DNA from: Chiloscyllium plagiosum
Lineage: Eukaryota
Direction: 5' to 3'
Length of the DNA: 26,584 bases
Assembly: GCF_004010195.1 (NCBI RefSeq)
Contig: NC_057718.1
Span: 73,052,854-73,079,437, forward strand
In this document: positions 10,991-22,399 of the stretch, piece by piece
Position numbering within the stretch: position 1 is the first letter of the stretch
Layout of the letters: every line of letters begins with the position of its first letter
The notes under the pieces: generated by a model
What the model was told of the DNA's origin: nothing
Database searches by the model: none
Seen by the model: only the letters and a program-made list of their open reading frames with translations
Program-made: the position numbers and the translations under genes

Positions 10991-12119
10991 TATCCATAAT
11001 CAGTCCTTGCCTTTCCAAATGCATGTACATCCAATCCCTCAGGATTCCCTCCATCAACTTGCCCACCACCGACGTCAGGCTCACTGGTCTATAGTTCCCT
11101 GGCTTGTCCTTACCACCCTTCTTAAACAGTGGCACCACATTAGCCAACCTCCAGTCTTCCGGAACCACACCTGTGACTATCGATGATACAAATATCTTAG
11201 CAAGAGGCCCAGCAAATCACCTCAAACTTCCCACAGAGTTCTAGGGTATACCTGATCAGGTCCTGCGGATACCTGATCAGGTCCTGGGGATGTATCCACC
11301 ATTACCCATTTCAAGACATCCAGCACTTTTCTGTATATAAAGAAGTGTTGCTTCCCAATTGCATTACGGATTGGCTTGACTCTAAGATGGCCCTGCGTTC
11401 TAGCCTCCCCAACAAAGAAGAGTTTTTCATTACCAGATCAAATCAGTTCTCATTTTAAAACCTTAATTATACAACTATACCAGGAAATCTCAAGTCATTC
11501 AGCAAAACAGGCTTGGTTTTTTAAACTGCATTCATAAGCTTCCTGCTTATGCTTCACACAGAAATCATTCACTCTACTACATTTAACTCCTGTACATTGC
11601 TCCACCAATGAAGCAATACTTTGCAAGATGTGAAAATATCAATGTTCAGACAAACAGGTAGTAGATAACAGTCTTCCATTATCTCGGGCAATATCCATCT
11701 CCAATAAGGAAAGTGACAACTTTCAGTAACATCACTATTATCAATTTTAAAAATGGAAGAAATATACCAAGTAACCTTGAGATCAGTAATTTTCTCAGTA
11801 GCTGGATAACTGTTAAAATACATAAACAGGGATTGAATAAATTATCACTTGGAAAAGTATAAATTATACGGTCCTCCAGGAATCACTGTTAGTTATAAGC
11901 TGTGCATAATTTCTTTACAATAATTCCACGTTTCCAGATGTTAAAGTCAACAGGAATGGAAAGTTGTGAAGATTGTAAAAGAATTCCAATTGTATACACA
12001 ACAGGGTGAGCAGGACATTGCAGAAAAGATCTTAAAAAAGATTTCTTCCCCCACCCCCTCCAAATATGAAGAGTCATTAAAGTTTGCAATTCATGTATAC
12101 CAATGCTACTTAGGATCCT

Positions 12120-12376
12120 CTTCCCCTTACATTTACCTCAGACTAAGACACCCAACCAACACATCCCTGAACAGTATGGGCAATTTTAACAGGGCCAATT
12201 CACCTAATCTGCACATCTTTGGATTGTGGGAGGAAACCAGAGTACGCAGAGGAAACCCACTCAGACAGGGGGAGAATGTGCAAACTCCACACAGACAGTT
12301 GCCCAAGGTAGGAATCGAACCCAGGTCCTTGACACTGAGGGAACAGAGCTAACCACTGAACCATCGTGCTTGCCCC
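12120..12376 (-). mobile_element. HE1-type V-SINE, older diverged copy
   Basis: A box TGGTTCAGTGG, B box GGTTCGATTCC and V-domain present; tail not recognisable. Confidence 0.85.
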
Positions 12377-12384
12377 GTCACTTT

Positions 12385-12938
12385 CCTTTTCCCAACTGCA
12401 CATTCATGATATCATTTGACCTTTCCTCTCTGGAACTGTTGGATTTCTCTTTCGCTAAGATCTCACCAACATCTTCTGTTGCCTTCACCTTCTTCAGCCA
12501 GAAAATCTATGGCTAAGATCGCACACAAAGAACCCTCTTATCCATTTGCAGAATTCACCCTAATCTGGATTCCTTACTCACCCCACATTTTTTCCATTAA
12601 TAACTGCTGACATAAGATTGGCCATCTCAACTTCTCTGCTCTCCTTACATGCTCTAATCGGTTTCCCTCTGAAATGATATTAATTACTCTGATTTCAGAA
12701 ATTCAACCTTAGCCTGTTGTTATTTGGCATTAGTAGAGGCAAAACATCAACTCTCTGACAATATCCTTCAAGCCCTGTCTGCATCATGACCCAACAATGA
12801 ACCTCAAGCTACTGTTTCCAAGACTAATCACTGAGCACATCTTCCCTCAATGATCAACAGCCCCATATGGTCCCTCAACCTTGAACAGCTGTCTTCTACC
12901 TCCCTTCCAAGATCCATAAACATGGTTGCCCTGTTAGA
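12385..12938 (+). mobile_element. Old Penelope-like element N-terminal fragment
   Basis: Decayed INNC*xxIGHLN, EAKHQLSD, HDPT and VFYLPSKIHKHGCPVR (FYLLPKIHKPxCPGRP-like), collinear with the 10400-10990 part of the other PLE. Confidence 0.65.
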
Positions 12939-12939
12939 T

Positions 12940-13585
12940 GGAGCAAATTAAATGGAAAGGAAGATGGTTAAGTAGGACATTTCAAGAGGACGGTGCACAG
13001 TTAGAAGTTTGGATTTGGGGGAGGGGGGGGGGGGGGGGGGGAAAGATGAGAAAACTGGTGAAGTAAAAGCAGATGCCATGTGGTTGGAGGGTCCCAAGGT
13101 GGAAGATGAGGCGTCCTTCCTCCAGGTGTCAGGTGGCTTGGATTTGGCGGCCCAACACTTGTATGTCCTTGGCAGAGTGGAATGGGGTGTTGAAGTGGTC
13201 TGCCACACGGCAGTGGGGTTGCTTGGTACGTGTCCCAGAGATGTTCCCTGAAACAGTACACGGTGGCATCCTGTCTCCTCAATGTAGAGGAGGCCACATT
13301 GAGATCAATGGACACAGTAGAGAGGGGGTTTGGATGTGCAGGAAAATTTCTGCTTGTGTAAGGAACCCGTGGGGCCTTGGATGAAGACAGGGTGGAGGCT
13401 GTGGGAGGTGTGGGCACATGTTTTACACTTCTTGCAGTGGCAAGGGAAGGTGCTGGGAGGGGTGTGTGTGGGGGTGTGTGAGAAAGAGCTTAATAAGAGA
13501 GTCACAGAGGGAATGGTCTCTGTGGAATGCCAACAGAGGGAAATGTATCGCTGGTGGTGGGTTCTGATTGTATGTTTCAGAAAAA
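12940..13585 (-). mobile_element. Penelope-like element (Neptune-type) C-terminal fragment
   Basis: Cys linker STFPCHCKKCKTCAH (ORF 13305-13505), LYCVH...CGLLYIEET endonuclease motif and FREHLWD. Confidence 0.85.
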
Positions 13586-13619
13586 AGAGGGGATTACGAT
13601 CCTTATTGCTGTTGGAGTG

Positions 13620-13872
13620 ATGGGGTGCACAATCGTTCAGTCCAACTCATCCATCTGGACATATTTGCTAGGATTTGGCCCATATGCCTCAACGCTTCCT
13701 ATTCATATACTCATCCAGATGCCTTTTAACATGTTATAATTGTCCCAGCTTCCACCACTTCCTCTGGCAGCTCCATACACACACCACCCTCTGCATGGAA
13801 AAGTTGATCCTTAGGTTCCTTTTAAACTTTTCCCCTCTCACCTTAAACCAATACCCTCGAGTTTTGGACTCA
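13620..13872 (-). mobile_element. CR1 LINE 3' fragment
   Basis: Homologous to 7660-7870 (ccaccacttcctctggcagctc, cccctctcaccttaaac). Confidence 0.85.
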
Positions 13873-14391
13873 TTTCTTTCTGTTTCGTTGATATCTTTGA
13901 ATATCCTGTAATTAGAAAATTTGCAATATATAAAGGTTTAGGACTCAAAACATCTGACAGAAACGATGAGAAATATGAAAAAAAAAAGCAGGAAAGAACT
14001 CCAGCAGGGAATTAAGAGACCAAGAAGGGCCACTAAATAACCTTGGCAAATAGGGCTAGTGAGAACCCCAAGGTATTCTATATACATTTTTTAAAAAAAA
14101 GGGACAACCAGGGACAAGGTAGGACCACTCAAGGATAAAAGAGGGAACTGGTACCGAGGCAGAGGAGGTGAGTGAGATCTTAAACGAGCACTTTATTTGG
14201 TACTTATACATAAGTATAGAGGATAGCAAGATATTTGTGGAATGTGCTAATGCACTATGGCATTTTGAGATAAAGAAAATAAAAAGGTGGTTAGGTCTCT
14301 TCAAGAGCACGAAATTGGATAAGCCCCCAGGGCCTAAAATGTTATCTACCCTACATTGGAGAGATGTAAGAGAGGAGATTGTTATTGCCTT

Positions 14392-14702
14392 AGGATTTCA
14401 CCAGTTTCCTAATTTCCCCTCCCACTACCTTATTCCAGTTCCAACCTTCGAGCTCAGCACCACCCTCAGGACTTGTCCCACCGGTCCTTCTTCCTTTCCA
14501 CCTATCCGCTCCACCCGATCACCTTTACCCCCACCTCTATCCACCTATTACACTCTGTTACCTTCCCCCTCCCATTTATCTCGTCACCCCCAAGGCTCCC
14601 AATCTCATTCCTGATGAAGGGCTTTTGCCTGAAACATCGATTTTCCTGCTCCTTTGATGCTGCCTGACCTCCTGTGCTTTTCCAGCACCATCTTCTCAAC
14701 TC
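14392..14702 (+). mobile_element. Penelope-like element 3' fragment inserted in CR1
   Basis: Homologous to 24836-25160; interrupts the CR1 frame between EEIVIAL and the FVSL-like continuation; no TSD seen. Confidence 0.85.
14607..14642 (+). ncRNA. Hammerhead motif with two CpG-type changes
   Basis: AUUC-CUGAUGA-A-GGGC-UUUU-GCCU-GAAAC-AUC-GAUU. Confidence 0.5.
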
Positions 14703-16161
14703 AAGACCTTTGTATCCTTATTAGCCATGGGAGAGGTCCTGGAGAACTGGAGAGTAGCTAATGTTGTTCTTCTATTCAAGAAGGGAAAATGGAGAAAATC
14801 CAAAAAAAACTATAGACCGGCGAGTCTCACATCGGTGGTTGGGAAGCTATTCGAGAGAATTCTTCGGGATAAGATTTACATGCATTTGGAAAAGCATGGC
14901 CTAATTAGGAAGTCAGCACAGCTTTGTGCAGGATAGGCCATGTCATACTAACCTGACTGAATTTTTCCAAAAGAGGTGAAAAAGGTGATTGATGAGTAGG
15001 GCAGTGGATGTTGCCCAGGTGGATTTTAATATGGCTTTCAACAAAGTCACCTCTAGTAGGTTCATCCAGAAGATTAAGATGCATGGGATTCATGGTGACT
15101 TGATCTCATGGATCAAGAATTGGCTTGCCTATAGAAGACAGTGTGGCGGAGGAAAGGTGTATTTCTGCCAGGTCGTCTGTGATTAGACCTCCTGTTCTGC
15201 AGGGATCCACGCTGTGACCCCTACTTATTGTAATATATATAAATGACTTTGATGAAAATGTAGATGGGTGGGTTAGTTTGCAGATGTCAAAGTTCAGTAG
15301 AGTTGTTGATAGTGTGGAAGGTTATCAAACAATACAGCAAGATATAGGTCTGTTGTAGATATGGGCAGACAAACGGCAGATGGAGTTTTACCTGGGTAAG
15401 TGTGATGAATTGCATTGTGGGAATCAAAAGTATACAGTTAATGGTATTGATGTACAGAGGGATCTTGGGGTTCAAGTCCATAGCTCCCTGAAAGTAGCCA
15501 CACAAAGTAGACAGAGTGGTGAAGAAGGCATATGACATGCTTGTTTTTATAGGAGAGGCAAAAAAAAACTGAGGTTGTTTTCTCTAGAGCAGTGGAGGCT
15601 AAAGGAGAGACTTGATAGAAGTCTATAAAATTATGAGATGCATAAATAGGTTTCCCAGTCAGTAACATTTCCCCCCCCAAATAATAATTTAAAAGTGGGG
15701 TTGGGTCGATTAAAAAAAAAAGATATGAGGGGCAAGTTTTTTTTAAAGTTACCGTGTGGTAGGAATCTGGAATGCACTGCCAGGAAGTGGTGAGGCAGAT
15801 GTCTAAAATGTCCATATCATAAGCAAATAAATATGCAAGGAAAGAAAAAAGGATATGGACCAAGGGCAGGCAGAAGGGATTAGTTTAATTCAGCGTCACA
15901 TTTTGCTTAACATCATGAGCCAAAGAGCCCGTTCCCACGCTGTACAGTTCTACATAATTCTGAAAAGTCAAGCAAACACAGCAATGACTTCCTACACATG
16001 CTCTCTTTCAAACACCATCACAGATTTTGCATGAAAATGAAAATTTACTATCCTATAGACAGTTTAAAAATCCTCATTCCCAACATTGGAGACTTGGCAA
16101 CTGGTTATATATCCACTTTCAGGACAGCTGCTCTAGCCATAATTTACAGGCATGAACATTG

Positions 16162-16389
16162 TATAGGGTGTTCTGTTATAACACGTGTTTTGTCAACACA
16201 AATTCACTGTAGCACAATTGATGAATTGGTGATGCTGTTTCTACAGCACAAAACTTTTAAAACAGGTTGGCTGTAATCGATTAGAGCACCAATACTTTAA
16301 TTGTGGTTTCTAAAAAGTGTGATTTTTCTACAAAGTGGAGCTGCAAAAAAAAAAAAATCACCGCAACCATTGTGCTATTAGAAGGTGTA
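16162..16389. mobile_element. Possible decayed Tc1/pogo-type MITE
   Basis: TA-flanked segment of about 225 bp with imperfect inverted ends (ttctgttataacac versus gtgctattagaa). Confidence 0.35.
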
Positions 16390-17574
16390 CAATCAGTTCT
16401 TCTTCCTGGTAAATTAATCCAAGCTTTACTGTCCTTTTACCAACTAAACCATCCAAGTAGGCTTCCAAAAGAATTTGGAGCAAATCACAAAACACCTTTT
16501 ACACCTACATTTTAAACCAAAGTAAAGTTCTATTTGTAATAACTAAGGACAAGTTATGCTGAATGATCTGCTTCTATAAAATGTACATCCTACATATCTT
16601 TCTTTTGTTGCACTGCTTTAGATTAGAGTGTTGCAGGATGAACAAAGGCTAGGTCTGGTTAAGTACCAATTTCAATGGTTAGATATCTTCCATCCAAAAC
16701 AAGGGGAAACTTCATTGTAAAGAAATGCGATCAATTTAGAGATCAAACTACCACCACTGTTACTAAAGGCCTAACCATTCACAGAAATCAAGTCAAAAAC
16801 TTACTACGTACACTTGAAGAATATAAATTTTTATAGTTTATGACCCCAATACATAGATTGCATTTTTAGTTTTAAGTCGTCACTATTATGAAGGCTTGAA
16901 TCCAAAAGAGACTGGATAATATTCAGATATTGGATTATCAGTTCTGTTTAAAAGCTAAAAGATTGGTAAACATGTAACTTCATTCAAGTGCTGGCTTTAA
17001 ATTTAATATTTAGTCTCTGGCCTAATATCACAGTACATTTGGCATATACTTAAAATAGAAAAGAGACAAAGTAGCAGATCTTAATTTAGCTTAATATTTA
17101 ATACAACAATTAAGAGGTGCGATTTGTATTTATAGTTTTTGCAGGAAGTTTTGTTGTTTGGGAATCAAAAATATTTTAACTAAGAGTACTTCACTAGCAA
17201 TTCAATTAACCATTTGTCCAGTTATACAGCAGTAGATTTCATTCTGCATGTAATAAAAGTATAAAGAAGTGAGAAATTCTATCCCAATCTATTTAGAGCA
17301 TATGAAATGGGAACAGACCATTCAGTCCCTCAAGCCATTCAACAGTATCATGGCTGATCTGATCTGACATTCCTCATGGCTACTTTCCTGCATTTTCCAA
17401 TATACCCAATTCCCTGACTGATCAAGAGTCTATCAGGTGTTAAATATACACAAGGACTCTGCCGTTTAGCTCAGTGACAAGGGTTTTTAAAAGACACTCA
17501 AACCTCAAGAAATTCTCCCTCATCTCAGTTTTAAATTGGTATCTCTTTTCTGAGACTGTGTCCTCTGGTCCTAG

Positions 17575-18131
17575 TGACAATGTACACTGGGTATAAGCAG
17601 ACAGGGTAAGAGTTAAGATCAGAGTTTTGTGAAACAAGAGATTCAGCTGAGCATGACTCAGATCCGATAAGAACTTGCCTTTAACATTAGGTTGCTGGAG
17701 GCAAGGGTAATGGGTTAACAAGGTGGAAAAGCACTCATTAAGTATAGCCATTTAACAATATTGAAAGCATTCATTATGTAAAGTCAGTTTAACAAGGTGA
17801 AAAGTATTTATTGTGAAGCCAGGTAAGGTTAAGAACATCCATTGTGTAACAGCACAACTGCCATCGCTTAATCTTTACCATTGACACTCACTGATTGTGA
17901 CGGTCACCAAGTCAATATGTATGTTGGATAATGTAAATTATCCAATGTGTTATCAATGTGTTATCGGGATGTTCCTCATATAAATCATTAAGAAACTGCT
18001 GTTCAAGACAGAAGACCGGGAACTCATGCCACTGTGCACATGGGCGATTGTTCTCTCTCCCTCCAGGAGCCAGAATAAAAAAATGGAGGTAAAGCTATAT
18101 TGTGTTTGAGCATTTTGCTTCAACTGCAATA
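17575..18131 (+). repeat. ERV 5' LTR
   Basis: Starts TGACAATGT; AP-1 site TGACTCA 17654-17660; TATAAA 17979-17984; AATAAA 18074-18079; followed by the PBS. Confidence 0.85.
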
Positions 18132-18132
18132 T

Positions 18133-18150
18133 TGGCGTAGTTGGCAGGAT
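18133..18150 (+). promoter_or_regulatory. Primer binding site for tRNA-Ser
   Basis: TGGCGTAGTTGGCAGGAT, a 17/18 match to the complement of the vertebrate tRNA-Ser(AGA/TGA) 3' end TGGCGTAGTCGGCAGGAT; the mismatch is at a CpG. Confidence 0.9.
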
Positions 18151-18348
18151 CCAAACTAATAGTTAGGATTGGACAGTGTCAGTGGCTGCCAAGAACATTT
18201 GTGTCTTGAGACAGACTGGCCACAAGGTAAGATTTTAAACCTTGGTTCATCTTTATATTCCTGCATGCTGGAGACAGTCCCCTTGTTCACTCTCTATTCC
18301 ATGGATTCCTCAAAATGGTAATTAATTCAGTTGAGAGAACGTTTCACA

Positions 18349-18486
18349 AGCGCGCTAAGAGGTTCGAGTCCTCTGCGCTGCACTGGGAGAGGGGATGTAA
18401 TGGAGGTTTGAGTCCTCTGCGCAGTACTGGGGTTTCAGTTCCCTCGGTGGGTAACTGACAGTTGAGTCCTCCACACTGTGCTAGGG
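18349..18486 (+). repeat. Three imperfect direct repeats carrying a tRNA T-arm/B-box motif in the ERV leader
   Basis: gaggttcgagtcctctgcgctgcactggg (18359-18387), gaggtttgagtcctctgcgcagtactggg (18403-18431), gttgagtcctccacactgtgctaggg (18461-18486). Confidence 0.75.
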
Positions 18487-19777
18487 TTCAAGGTCTAGGT
18501 ATTTAACTGAGGTTTGTTTTTTGTGTTTAATTGAGATTCGGGATGTATGTGTTCAAGTGGGATTAGAGCCTCCGTGAGGAATAAAGTGAGAAAGGGGTTA
18601 AAAGTCCCCGAGTGGCGAAATTGGAGGCTCTGTCCTGGGAGAAAGAAAGAGCAGCTTCTATTGCAGCATCATGGGGTTTGCTGAGAGGGCTCTCTCTTTT
18701 TAAGCGCAATTTCAGTGAGAGGATGCAGAAAAAAAAATGAAGGGGAGAAACTAAGGTGGTATTAGTACTTGGGTTGAAGGAGGAAAGTTTCAAACGTAGA
18801 TTGTGTCATTCTCAGAGAGTGTTTGATGTTTAAAAAGTTTGGTTTGTTAAAATACTGGTTCGCAAAAATCCTTTTAAGTAACTGTTCTGCCTTGTTTGAA
18901 CAATGATCTCAATCCAATATGTTTATGGGCTGTATAGTGGGCAGATTTTGCTTTTACATTCAAATTGTACAACATTATGTCCTTTTTAAAAATGATCAAA
19001 CTTGTAACCTTAAAGCAAATTCATTGAGCCCCCAATTTGTTTGAAACTCTACAATACCGGTTTATAAAACAACACAGCTAGGTCAATGGTCATGCTTTAG
19101 CCAAATGGGTGTATTGATTTAAAACATCTTTGCTAGTGTGTTTTTAATACGGAGTAAACAAAAAAAAGAGTGCATTTTGAGTTTGATGTGTTGATAAGAT
19201 TTTCTAGAAAATATCAGAACTTGCGGTTGAGCTCTTTAAGTTCTGTTAATTATTGTTAAGACTTCATTGGCCCCTTTCGTATTGCAAATTCAAAAGAATG
19301 TTGATCTGTACCAAAGTTGCCACTAATTCAGACTGTTTTATTTGGGAAATTTCATTTGGAAAATGTATTTTAAATTAGTCAGCATTTTTGTTTCCCACAA
19401 GTATTTGAGATTTAAATTGGAACTGAATCTGCCTCTTCAATTGCTAAAGCACAGGAAATTTTTTTGCTGTTCCACATTTTTGAAATACTTTTCTTGACAG
19501 CTTTCCCATTAGCCAAATATCAATTTGTTGAAGAAAAATAATTTTTGAATAACCCGAATGGGGTTCCCAAGGGTTTGATTTTAGGACCATTGATTGTTGT
19601 TTATAATTGACAATTGTTTAGGCAGTGCAATTTAGAAGTTTGTGGATTGTATAAAACTTTATGTCATAAACAATGAACAGAGTAACAGAATTCAAGATAA
19701 CTAACAATGTTCAAATAGGCAGACAATTTAATGTAGTTAATTGCGTGACTATCTTCATACTGATAACCACACTGGCA

Positions 19778-19900
19778 AGGAAGGCACGAGAGAAGAAATG
19801 CAAAGATACTTGCAGCAGCTAACATCTTCTCTACAGTTTCTCCATTCACAGGTAAAGCACCCCTTCGGACCACCACCACCCACCCCTCCACAACCTGATC
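19778..19900 (+). pseudogene. Putative retroviral integrase C-terminal linker remnant
   Basis: EGTREEMQRYLQQLTSSLQFLHSQVK resembles the YxxxLxxxLxxxHxQV helix of class I ERV integrases and lies just upstream of env. Confidence 0.45.
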
Positions 19901-19975
19901 CAATGGATTTAATCAGCTCTCCAGTCACGAGAACGTAAAGTGAAGAAATTAACAACAGTGAAGAAATTAACAACA

Positions 19976-20170
19976 GCGAAGAGATGGTCAGTAGGCTTTT
20001 TGTCAGTAGCCTTCCTATGGACATTAAACCACGTGAACGTTATCTTGTCTATTGATCATTTAAGGAATACAAAGGTTTTTGATCAAGTGAACATCAAAAT
20101 AGCCAGCTGGCTTTGTTGCATTTAACAGCAGAGTGGGAGCAGGTGCAGTAAAGAATGCTGCATTCACCTA
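19976..20170 (+). pseudogene. env transmembrane subunit remnant
   Basis: AKR then hydrophobic WSVGFLSVAFLW; heptad-like VILSIDHLRN; after frameshifts QNSQLALLHLTAE (immunosuppressive-domain-like, 20095-20133) and CSKECCIHL (shortened CX6CC, 20144-20170). Confidence 0.6.
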
Positions 20171-20596
20171 GCCTGCAGCTGCTCCACTACATGCTCAGAT
20201 GTGCTGGTATCTTCTATCTGAAGCATGTCCAGAAGGATAAGTCTTGTCAGTTTTGTGAAGCATTTAACTGCCCTTATCCAAGAATACAGATTTTTCCATG
20301 CAGTGGTATGCAAAAACAGACTGGATTTTGTTTTCAGGATGGACTTTAGGGAAGGTGGTTTTAGGAGAACTGGCTCATTTCCACTCAATTTGGAGGGGAT
20401 AGAGTAGTCACTAGGACTTTGGATTTAAGAACATCACTGGTGAATTCTTTCCCCACATAGGAGGATCCTTCAAACTATTTACTGTAATGGACTGGCAATT
20501 TTTGTTATAGTCATTGACAATAACTTGCTTAAATACTGGCTGTCAGATTCTTATCATAGTACCATCTAGGTGGTTATCGTGAAATGACAGAGGAAA

Positions 20597-21331
20597 TGAG
20601 AATGTGTCAGGGAAAGAGTGAAGTTCTGAATTTTGTGAAACAAGAGGCTCAGATGAGCATGACTCAGATCAGATACGAACTTGCAGTTAACAATGGGGTG
20701 CTGGAGACAAGGGCAATGGGTTAACAAGGTGGAAAAACAGTCATGTACAGCCATTTAACAATATTAGATTAGATTAGATTACATTACATTACAGCGTGGA
20801 AACAGACCCTTCGGCCCAACAAGTCCACACCGACCCGCCAAAGCGCAACCCACCCATAACCCTAACCTAACACTACGGGCAATTTAGCATGACCAATTCA
20901 CCTGACCTGCACATCTTTGGACTGTGGGAGGAAACCGGAGCACCCGGAGGAAACCCACGCAGACCACGGGGAGAATGTGCAAACTCCACATAGTCAGTCA
21001 GTCACCTGAGGCGGGAATTGAACCCGGGTCTCTGGCACTGCGAGGCAGCAGTGCTAACCACTGTGCCACCATGCCGCCTATCTGAATGGAAGTATTCAGA
21101 GGAAAAGGTCAATTTAACAAGGTGAAAATTAATCATGTCAAGCCAGTTAAGGTTGAGAACATTCATTGTGTGACAGCAGACCAGGAACCCATGTCCCTGT
21201 GCACATGGGCAATCGTTCGCTCGCCCTCCAGGGCCCAGAATAAAAGATGAGGAAGATAAAACTATATTGTGTCTGAGTGTTTTGATTCAACTGGGAGTTT
21301 GGGGGGCGGGGGGGGGGGAAGCAGGACGATA
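20597..21331 (+). repeat. ERV 3' LTR, interrupted by a SINE
   Basis: Starts TGAGAATGT; aligns to the 5' LTR (about 16 mismatches in a block of about 118 nt, counted by hand); AATAAA 21239-21244. Confidence 0.85.
20764..21078 (-). mobile_element. HE1-type V-SINE, full length
   Basis: A box TGGCACAGTGG, B box GGTTCAATTCC, V-domain, CR1-like tail and (TAATG/TAATC)n. Confidence 0.93.
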
Positions 21332-22399
21332 CTAGAGTCTCCAATGAAGGGAAACATCCTTCTACACTTAGGCTCATGTTGCAATGGGATTACTTCTCAT
21401 TGTTCTAAACTCCATCGAGTAGAGTTTCAACCTGTCTTCGCTTGTTAAGACAATCCTTTCAAATAAAGGATCATCCTTGTGATCCCTCCGAATTGCCTGG
21501 AAGGAAAGATATGTCCTTAAGCAAAAAGGGACCAAATTGCTCTCAGTATTCCAGATTTGATTTCATAAGCATCTTCTAGAATTGTAATAAGACTTCCAAT
21601 TTGTGTACTCCAACTCCACTGAAATAAAGGCCAACACTACATTAGCCTTCCAGCATGCTAGCTTTTGGCAGCACATTCCACACTCCTATCACTGTGTGGG
21701 AATCTTGTCCCTCACAACTTCATCCAAATCATTTCTTATATAATCAAACAGCAAAACATCCTAGTACAGATCCCTACAGAACACGAGACATGGACCTCCA
21801 GCCTAAAAACAACCTTCCAACACCATGAAGTCCCTTGTCCAGCGCCTTCTGGAAGCTTACATACAAAACATCATCTTGTTCCCCTCCATCCACTCTGGTT
21901 GAGACTCCCTTGAAAAACTAATTAATTTGGCAGACATTATTAGTCTTTCTATGAAGCCTCGCTGATTTTGCTCACCTAGATGATGATTGGAGTGTCATTT
22001 AGTTAGTTGGTAGTGTCTGTATTAAAAAAAATTGCTATCAATTGCATGCAGCTGTGTTACTAGACTAATAACACAGCCATTGAAAAAATACTACCAGATT
22101 TATAACTTATTTAGCCGTGTAACCACATCATCTTTGTTTACAAGACAACTATCAGATGTTCATAGAATCCAACACACTTTGAAATGAAACCTGGCATTCT
22201 TATCCGATTCGACCTGCAAAATTACTTAAGCTCTGCACTCACATAACTGATCTTGAAAAGAGACAGGCTTGTAATCATAAAAGGGTGTGTTGTGATTATG
22301 GTGATGTTTCAAAGAATTTTTCAGCAAGTTAAATGCTTTCTGAAGTATATCCATTGTAAGGGGACCCCATTCGGGCAGAGGTGGACTCACAGCCTGTCC

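Larger units (their letters stand above)
7568..11335 (-). mobile_element. 5'-truncated CR1 LINE (RT and 3' UTR), split by a PLE at 8801-10990
   Basis: SPGPDQVYPR; PEDWRLANVVPLFKKGGKDKPGNYRPVSLTSVVGK (ORF 10872-11168); IRDSQHGF; SGVPQGSVL...KFADDTK (ORF 8052-8618); WNELPEDVV; 3' tail. The two parts join across a 12-bp duplication. A 21-bp tandem duplication lies at 11248-11289. Confidence 0.95.
13905..15955 (+). mobile_element. 5'-truncated CR1 LINE, decayed, split by a PLE fragment
   Basis: ENPKVFY, DKPPGP, WRVANVVLLFKKG...NYRPASLTSVVGK, VDFNMAFNKV, WIKNWL, WQMEF, WNALP and 3' end gagccaaagagcccgttcccacgctgtac. Confidence 0.9.
17575..21331 (+). mobile_element. Internally deleted endogenous retrovirus (class I/epsilon-like by env motif)
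   Basis: Two homologous LTRs, CTAG TSD (17571-17574 and 21332-21335), tRNA-Ser PBS, purine tract before the 3' LTR (20586-20596), putative integrase C-terminal and env TM remnants. Confidence 0.82.
17295..21651 (-). mobile_element. Old CR1 LINE 3' fragment (17295-17574 and 21332-21651), split by the ERV
   Basis: Sequence reads continuously as CR1 across the insertion: tgtcctctggtc-ctag / ctag-agtctccaatgaagggaaacatcc; the right part has an LEY*EQFGP (LEYCxQFWxP-like) motif. Confidence 0.75.

Noticed and set aside
10872..11168. 98-aa ORF fusing CR1 RT N-terminus to PLE sequence
   Set aside because: Chance read-through across the insertion junction; it shifts out of the PLE frame within a few codons and stops.
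11248..11289. 21-bp tandem duplication containing the palindrome acctgatcaggt
   Set aside because: Slippage duplication within the dead CR1 SPGPD codons.
11569..11823. 84-aa minus-strand ORF as a possible exon
   Set aside because: No recognisable homology or convincing splice-site pair.
19940..19984. 18-bp tandem repeat gtgaagaaattaacaaca x2
   Set aside because: Simple local duplication inside the decayed ERV; no spacers, so not CRISPR-like.
20990..21078. tRNA gene suggested by A and B boxes
   Set aside because: It is the tRNA-derived head of a SINE, continuing into the V-domain and LINE tail.
22295..22360. Possible Deu-type SINE tail fragment
   Set aside because: Similarity is too short and degenerate to support without an alignment.
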